From: Bacillota bacterium
GTDB lineage: Bacteria; Bacillota; SHA-98; UBA4971
Direction of reading: 5' to 3'
Length of the DNA: 64,000 bases
Assembly: GCA_050949175.1 (NCBI GenBank)
Contig: JBMNFG010000009.1
Location: forward strand, 895 to 64,894
A model generated the notes under the pieces. The model was not told the DNA's origin. It searched no databases and was given only the letters and a program-made list of their open reading frames with translations. Both the position numbers and the translations under genes were made by a program. Positions 58,508 to 64,000 of this stretch are shown piece by piece (the stretch's first letter is position 1; each line of letters starts with the position of its first letter).

Positions 58508-60118
58508 ATGGAACGAGCACGACGAGTCCTGGAAATGAAGGGTATCACAAAGCAATACTTCGGGAATACCGTCTTAAACAATGTCTCCATTGACCTTTAT
58601 CCCGGTGAAATTCATGCCCTCGTCGGTGAAAATGGGGCAGGCAAGTCCACACTCATGAACATCCTTTTCGGTATGCCTGTCATCCACAGCACAGGCGGCT
58701 TCTCCGGAGAGGTCCTGATTGACGGTGAAAAAGTGGAGCTTATGTCTCCTGCTGAAGCCATGCAGGCAGGTATCGGCATGGTTCACCAGGAGTTCATGTT
58801 GTTACCCGGGTTTACAATCACAGAGAACATCAAGCTTAATCGAGAGCCCACAACCAAGAACGCTCTTAGTAGGCTGTTTCGATCTAAGTCCCTTGACTAT
58901 CTTGATGTTCCCACTATGCGCAAAGACGCCAGAGCGGCTCTGGACCGTCTTGACCTCGCTATTGATGAATGGGCGCCTGTTGCAGGCCTCCCTGTAGGTT
59001 ATATGCAGTTCATTGAGATTGCCAGAGAGATTGACAAAAAGGAAGTCAGAATCCTCGTCTTTGATGAACCTACTGCTGTTCTCACTGAGACCGAGGCTGA
59101 TCGTCTCTTGGAGTCCCTTCGCCGGCTTGCTGCAGACGGAATCGCCATTTTGTTCATCACCCACCGTCTGGATGAAGTAATGGCTGTAGCAAACAGGATC
59201 ACAGTGCTTCGCGACGGTGAGACTGTAGCAAGGCTGAATAGGGATGAAGCAGTTGTTGAGCGTATAGCCGAATTGATGGTGGGAAGGAAAGTAGAAAAAG
59301 TGGAGCTTCCTCCACGCGCCAAAGAGCCAAGCGATGAGGATATTGCTCTCACAATAGATAACCTCGTAGTGGATATGCCTGGCGAGATGGTTCGCGGATT
59401 GTCTCTGTCTGTGCGGCGCGGCGAGATCCTTGGAATCGGGGGGCTTGCAGGCCATGGGAAACTGGGTATCGCCAACGGGATAATGGGACTTTATCCTGCA
59501 TCCGGCCGAGTCAGCAAGAATGGTGAAAACATACCGCTTAATTCACCTGAAGAGGCCTTGTCACGAGGGCTGGCATTTGTTTCTGAAGACAGGCGCGGAG
59601 TCGGCCTCTTGCTGAACGAACCCATCGATCGCAATATCGGGGTCACTGCTATGCAGGTCCAGCATAAATTCCTCAAGTCCTGGCCGCATTTCTTACCTGC
59701 GCTGAGGCTGGAAGATCGAGCGGAACTCAGGGCTTATGCTGAGGACATGATCCGTAAACTGGACATAAGATGCCTTGGCCCGAATCAGCCTGTCAGGAGC
59801 CTTTCCGGGGGCAATCAGCAGAAAGTGTGTATAGCCAAGGCCCTTGCCCTGGAGCCTGAGATCCTCTTCGTTTCCGAACCGACACGGGGTATTGACGTCG
59901 GTGCCAAAAGGCTTGTTTTGGATCTTTTGGTCCGGCTTAACAGAGACCATAATGTAACGATAATCATGACATCCAGCGAGCTTGGAGAGCTCAGAAAAGT
60001 ATGCGACAGAGTCGCTATTGTGTATCGTGGAAGGCTCGCCGGGATACTGCCGCCTGATGCCTCTGACGCCGAGTTCGGATTGATGATGGCAGGCAGAGTC
60101 GGGAAGGAGGCGGTCTAG
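58508..60118 (+). CDS. ABC transporter ATP-binding protein with duplicated ATPase domains (CUT2/BMP-type importer)
   Basis: Start at MERARRVLEMKGITKQYFG. Domain 1 Walker A GENGAGKSTLM; domain 2 GLAGHGKLG; signature LSGGNQQKV; ends 3 nt before the permease. Confidence 0.85.
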   Translation: MERARRVLEMKGITKQYFGNTVLNNVSIDLYPGEIHALVGENGAGKSTLMNILFGMPVIHSTGGFSGEVLIDGEKVELMSPAEAMQAGIGMVHQEFMLLPGFTITENIKLNREPTTKNALSRLFRSKSLDYLDVPTMRKDARAALDRLDLAIDEWAPVAGLPVGYMQFIEIAREIDKKEVRILVFDEPTAVLTETEADRLLESLRRLAADGIAILFITHRLDEVMAVANRITVLRDGETVARLNRDEAVVERIAELMVGRKVEKVELPPRAKEPSDEDIALTIDNLVVDMPGEMVRGLSLSVRRGEILGIGGLAGHGKLGIANGIMGLYPASGRVSKNGENIPLNSPEEALSRGLAFVSEDRRGVGLLLNEPIDRNIGVTAMQVQHKFLKSWPHFLPALRLEDRAELRAYAEDMIRKLDIRCLGPNQPVRSLSGGNQQKVCIAKALALEPEILFVSEPTRGIDVGAKRLVLDLLVRLNRDHNVTIIMTSSELGELRKVCDRVAIVYRGRLAGILPPDASDAEFGLMMAGRVGKEAV

Positions 60119-60120
60119 AC

Positions 60121-61161
60121 ATGACAGATAAGCTTAAACAGACTGTTGAGCATATAGGCATTCCACGGCTGATGATTGCCGGATTTCTTGCGGTCATATT
60201 TGTCACAGCATACATTACCGGTATGTCTGTGCCTCAGCTGCTTTCCGACTCTCTTGTCAGAGTCGGGATGAACGGCATACTTGTCCTGGCAATGGTTCCG
60301 ACGATAAGCTGCGGGGTCGGTCTCAATTTCGGCCTGCCGCTGGGAGTGCTTTGCGGCCTTGTGGGTGGCCTCATCAGCATGGAGCGAGGTTTCGTGGGCT
60401 TTCCCGGATTCTTCGCTGCTATCGCCTTTGCGGTTCCCCTGGCAGTAGTCGTAGGATATCTTTATTCGGTGCTCTTGGAAAGCGTAAAAGGCCAAGAGAT
60501 GATGGTAGGGACCTATGTAGGATTTTCCTCTGTAGCAGTCATGTGTATCTTCTGGCTGATGGCGCCGTTTAGAAACCCTGAACTCATATGGGCTATCGGA
60601 GGAAAAGGGCTGAGGTCCACTTTGACCTTGGGCAATTATTACGGAAAGGTCCTTAATAACTTCGCTGTATTTGAAATCTTCGGGATTAAGATTTCCGGAG
60701 GGCTTATAGGGTTCTTCTTGTTATTCTGCTTGCTTGTCTACTTGTTCTTCAGGACGAAGCTGGGCATAGCTATGTTGACAGCCGGAGCAAATCCAGTGTT
60801 TGCTAAATCTGCGGGTATAGATGTACGCAGGATGAAATCGGTAGGGATCATCGCTTCTACCGTTCTGGCGGCCATAGGCATCATAGTGTATGCGCAAAGC
60901 TACGGATTTCTTCAGCTTTATATGGCGCCTCTGATGATGGCGTTTCCGGCAATAGCTGCGATCCTCATTGGCGGAGCCAGCTTGCAGAGGGCGACCATAC
61001 TTAATGTCATTATAGGAACTGTGCTGTTTCAAACCTTGTTAACTACCGCTCTGCCTGTTACAAGCAGAGTGATTCAGGGTGATATTTCAGAGGTAGCCAG
61101 GCTGATTATTTCAAACGGCATGATCCTTTACGCGTTGACGCGGTCGACAGGGGGTAAGTAG
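60121..61161 (+). CDS. ABC transporter permease (BPD_transp_2, branched-chain/sugar type)
   Basis: 346 aa, 8-10 TM; immediately follows the ATPase. Confidence 0.8.
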   Translation: MTDKLKQTVEHIGIPRLMIAGFLAVIFVTAYITGMSVPQLLSDSLVRVGMNGILVLAMVPTISCGVGLNFGLPLGVLCGLVGGLISMERGFVGFPGFFAAIAFAVPLAVVVGYLYSVLLESVKGQEMMVGTYVGFSSVAVMCIFWLMAPFRNPELIWAIGGKGLRSTLTLGNYYGKVLNNFAVFEIFGIKISGGLIGFFLLFCLLVYLFFRTKLGIAMLTAGANPVFAKSAGIDVRRMKSVGIIASTVLAAIGIIVYAQSYGFLQLYMAPLMMAFPAIAAILIGGASLQRATILNVIIGTVLFQTLLTTALPVTSRVIQGDISEVARLIISNGMILYALTRSTGGK

Positions 61162-61164
61162 CAA

Positions 61165-62295
61165 ATGATACAAAGTCCTGAGCAGAAGAAAGTCGAATCA
61201 GGCCGAGATGTCAGCTTGGATATGCGACATATAGTCCGAACCAACGGTGTGCCCATATTATTCCTTGCACTCTCCATTACCATGGCGGCGGTTGCAGGGC
61301 TTAGTCCCGCCTTTCTCATGAACGAGGTTATAACCAGGTTTGCCCGTAACTCGCTTTTGGTATTATCGCTTTTGATTCCGGTAACTGCAGGGATGGGGCT
61401 AAACTTTAGTATAGTAATCGGTGCAATGTCAGCACAGGCTGCTGCGATCGCAGTGACCTTGTGGGGTATCAAAGGTGTTTCTGGATTCCTAACGGCTTGC
61501 TTACTGGCAACGCCGCTGGCGGCGATTACCGGATGCCTTGCAGGACTGGTCTTGAACCGTGCAAAGGGACGCGAAATGATTACCAGCATGATACTGGGCT
61601 TCTTCGCCAACGGTATTTATCAGCTGATTTTCTTGTTCCTTGTGGGATCTGTGATTCCGTTTAACAGTAAGTCAATGCTGCTGCCTCAAGGGGTTGGCGT
61701 GAGGAATACTGTTGACCTTATCAATATCGCCCAGTCTCTTGACAAGATCTGGAGGCCTGTAATCAGCGGAGTGCGTATTCCCGTTGTTACAGTGCTTGTC
61801 TCTTTAGGAATGTGCGTGGTTATCACGTTCTTGCTGAGGACGAAGATCGGCCAGGACCTTCGTGCGGTGGGCCAAGATATGAATATAGCTGAGGTAATGG
61901 GTATCAAAGTGGATAAGACCAGGATCATCGCTATGATTCTCTCTACGGTGATAGCAGCCTGGGGACAGTTGGTGTTCTTGCAGAACATCGGCACACTGAA
62001 TACCTATAACAGCCATGAGCAGGTTGGTATGTTCTCTATAGCGGCTCTCCTTGTAGGAGGGGCGTCAACCAGGCGCGCTACGATTTTCCAGGCGTTAATC
62101 GGTGTTATCCTCTTCCATACGCTCTTTGTTGTCTCGCCTCTCGCAGGGCAGAAGCTGTTCGGAGTGCCGCAGATCGGCGAGTACTTCCGTGTATTCGTAG
62201 CTTACGGCATTATCGCTGTTGCTTTGGCTATCCATGCCTGGCAGGATAGGCAGATGCGGAAAGAGGCTATTCGTGAGGCTGTGCTTACTGAGTAA
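61165..62295 (+). CDS. ABC transporter permease (second BPD_transp_2 subunit)
   Basis: 376 aa polytopic; paralogous to the previous gene. Confidence 0.8.
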   Translation: MIQSPEQKKVESGRDVSLDMRHIVRTNGVPILFLALSITMAAVAGLSPAFLMNEVITRFARNSLLVLSLLIPVTAGMGLNFSIVIGAMSAQAAAIAVTLWGIKGVSGFLTACLLATPLAAITGCLAGLVLNRAKGREMITSMILGFFANGIYQLIFLFLVGSVIPFNSKSMLLPQGVGVRNTVDLINIAQSLDKIWRPVISGVRIPVVTVLVSLGMCVVITFLLRTKIGQDLRAVGQDMNIAEVMGIKVDKTRIIAMILSTVIAAWGQLVFLQNIGTLNTYNSHEQVGMFSIAALLVGGASTRRATIFQALIGVILFHTLFVVSPLAGQKLFGVPQIGEYFRVFVAYGIIAVALAIHAWQDRQMRKEAIREAVLTE

Positions 62296-62350
62296 AGCGC
62301 AAAGCAAAGCGCAGAGCAAAGCGCAGAGCAAAACTCAGAGCAAAGCGGGT
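62295..62350. repeat. 12-bp tandem repeat (AAGCGCAGAGCA) x about 4.5, directly after the permease stop codon
   Basis: aagcgcaaagca aagcgcagagca aagcgcagagca aaactcagagca aagcgggtcag. Confidence 0.7.
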
Positions 62351-62535
62351 CAGTCAGTGCCTTCCGAAGTGGTAGTCCGTCCGGATCAGCCGCTAACTCT
62401 TGAATGAACCGCAAACTTAACCTGTGCTGAACTATGCTTTAGAGGCGCTCTACTTCATAAGACATGAAGGAAGTGGGGTGCTTCTTTTTGTGTTTCCTGT
62501 GGGGCTTCTGCTTTTCTTTCTAGTTTCTTAGTGTC

Positions 62536-63327
62536 TTATCGTTGTACTGCTGATTCGTTTGCGATTATTGCTGCACCGTATGCACCTGCAAACTGAGACA
62601 TTTCAGGGACCGTGACTTTGAGTGCAAGTTTCTTCTCAAGTGAGAGCCTGACTCCTTCGTTTTTGCTGACTCCGCCGGTCATGACGACACGAGGGACAAG
62701 CCCGACTCTGTGGATCATTCCAAGGAGCCTTTCAGCTACTGCATCGCATAACCCGCGGATAATCGTATCAAGGGCAATCCCCGCAGACAGCAGGCTGATT
62801 ACCTCAGACTCAGCAAATACTGTGCATGTGCTTGAGATATTAGCCGGTCTTTTTGCAGTCTTCCACATACGCCCGAAGTCGAAAAGGGACACGCCCAGAC
62901 GTTCAGCCATCACCTCAAGGAACCTACCTGTCCCTGCAGCACATTTATCATTCATTACAAAGTCGGCTACCATTCCGTCTTCATCAAGACGGATGACTTT
63001 GGAGTCTTGACCGCCGATATCTATTATGAGACGGGCTCCGGAGGCCAAAGCTTTAGCTCCGCGGCTGTGGCACGTGATTTCCGTGACTGTCTTGTCTGCC
63101 TCTTTAACCTGGGTGCGTCCGTAACCTGTTGAGACAGTGTAGAGGACATCCTTTTTGGTGAGTCCTCTGTCTTTGAGCAGCCCTTCTATGCACTCTTCAG
63201 CAGTAATACTAAGTTCAGTTCCTGTAGGCAGCATGAAGGTGGATACGATGTTTCCATCTGAAAGGAGGACTCCTTTGGTCACTGAAGATCCCACATCAAT
63301 TCCCATCACATATGAGCCGGTTCTCAA
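62536..63327 (-). CDS. hgdC: 2-hydroxyacyl-CoA dehydratase activator / BcrAD-BadFG-family ATPase (archerase, [4Fe-4S])
   Basis: ASKHA motifs (MGIDVGSSVTKGVLL; DIGGQDSKVI; VMTGGVSKN). Start at TTG 63327 or ATG 63306. Confidence 0.8.
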   Translation of the reverse strand: MRTGSYVMGIDVGSSVTKGVLLSDGNIVSTFMLPTGTELSITAEECIEGLLKDRGLTKKDVLYTVSTGYGRTQVKEADKTVTEITCHSRGAKALASGARLIIDIGGQDSKVIRLDEDGMVADFVMNDKCAAGTGRFLEVMAERLGVSLFDFGRMWKTAKRPANISSTCTVFAESEVISLLSAGIALDTIIRGLCDAVAERLLGMIHRVGLVPRVVMTGGVSKNEGVRLSLEKKLALKVTVPEMSQFAGAYGAAIIANESAVQR

Positions 63328-63336
63328 TTCCTCACG

Positions 63337-64000
63337 TCACCTCGAGCTTCTGATGTCCCGGGACTCTATGAGCTCCAGAAAAGCCCCGAGTCTCGTTAAG
63401 GACTGAGCTTCACCGCTGTTCCTTTCATCTACTCCGTCGCCGGCAAGGCTGAGAAAAGGGATCCCTTTCCTACGGAGGTAGTCTGAAAGAATGGAAACAG
63501 CACCATTGTATTGCCTGCATCCCCATTGAGCAAACTGGACCACGCCGTCGATTGAGAACTCATCAACTAATTTACCGATAACTTCGAGCCTACGCTCAAT
63601 CGGCCCCCATCCGGGATTGGACATAATCTTTTTGGCGAGGCTCAGATAAGGATCATTTGCGTCCAGGGGCTCCCAGTACATATAGCTGAATTCCTCAAAG
63701 GCAATGGAGGCGCCCAACTCGTCTTCGAGGTAGTCGAAGAGCCTGGTGGTGTAGTAAGGCCTTAAGTTTGACCAGGCCAGTCTGAACCGTTCGTTCTTTA
63801 CCGGGTATTCGCCTTGTTGGATGATGCTTTCGGAGTGCTCCTTAAGTGCTTTGTAGAACCGGGTGAGCCACGGGCTTCCCCATGACCAGAGGAACATCAC
63901 CACGTAATTCAAGGCTTCCCGGCCGCGCCATGGAGACGGAATGTATCTTCGCAGATCGCAGAGATCGAGATAGTGGCTGCGAGCAGAGTTTGAGTTTGCG
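63337..64000 (-). CDS. 2-hydroxyacyl-CoA dehydratase component (HgdB/D-subunit-like), 5'-truncated by the window end
   Basis: The reading frame stays open upstream of the listed TTG to the window edge (no stop in 63913-64000); the 191-aa visible part is too short for the family (about 380-420 aa). Sits 10 nt upstream of the activator gene. Confidence 0.55.
   Translation of the reverse strand, partial: ANSNSARSHYLDLCDLRRYIPSPWRGREALNYVVMFLWSWGSPWLTRFYKALKEHSESIIQQGEYPVKNERFRLAWSNLRPYYTTRLFDYLEDELGASIAFEEFSYMYWEPLDANDPYLSLAKKIMSNPGWGPIERRLEVIGKLVDEFSIDGVVQFAQWGCRQYNGAVSILSDYLRRKGIPFLSLAGDGVDERNSGEAQSLTRLGAFLELIESRDIRSSR

Noticed and set aside
62095-62414. Small ORFs (MLCALLCALLCALL..., QSKAQSKAQSK...) after the ABC permease
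   Set aside because: Translations of the 12-bp tandem repeat in different frames, overlapping the real permease gene end.

Overview
This is a 64-kb chromosomal window from a bacterium of about 50-52% GC, mostly housekeeping genes plus one unusual region. Firmicutes-like gene content: a T-box leader on serS, the coaX ... dusB-greA-lysS neighbourhood, and pdxS-glyA. Clear diderm-envelope content: two tandem TolC-like outer-membrane efflux proteins, an HlyD adaptor with a MacB/FtsX-type permease, and an MMPL exporter beside a LolA-like protein and a putative outer-membrane beta-barrel protein. A Negativicutes-like or other diderm Firmicutes-related lineage is plausible but unproven.

Recognisable genes: an MMPL exporter cluster, tex, coaX, hflX, dusB, greA, lysS, patB/malY-like, pdxS, glyA, a four-subunit 2-oxoacid:ferredoxin oxidoreductase (porCDAB order), serS, an Ssu/Tau-type ABC importer, an MFS transporter, ygeW (knotted carbamoyltransferase), a type II toxin-antitoxin pair, an iscU/nifU-like scaffold, hutH, an ECF S-component, a four-gene ABC importer with a dual-ATPase, and hgdC/hgdB-like 2-hydroxyacyl-CoA dehydratase genes (the last truncated by the window edge). 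Four tRNAs: Ala-CGC, Ser-UGA, Ser-GCU and Arg-UCG.

The standout feature is a region of about 11 kb (51.1-62.4 kb) that is unusually rich in distinct tandem-repeat arrays. The largest is a 1.1-kb, helically phased array of roughly 19 degenerate 53-bp units, each carrying an ATGGCTC-N7-GAGCCAT palindrome, lying between the iscU-like gene and a LysM protein gene. The LysM/hutH divergent intergenic region adds 18-bp x7 and 42-bp x6 arrays. A 20-bp x7 array follows the ECF-S gene, a 12-bp x4.5 array follows the ABC permease, and a 13-bp x3 array lies upstream of the ECF-S gene. No transposase, integrase or cas genes are visible.

A second notable region (37.9-44.6 kb) is decaying. It holds two tandem paralogous beta-lactamase-fold serine-hydrolase genes, each broken by several frameshift or nonsense lesions; a low-GC lipoprotein amidohydrolase-like gene whose signal peptide is cut off by an in-frame TAA; and a RelE/ParE-AbrB toxin-antitoxin pair abutting tRNA-Arg.

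A possible cobalamin-riboswitch-like element lies upstream of the ECF S-component but is only weakly supported. All calls rest on reading the sequence and ORF translations; no database searches were run.
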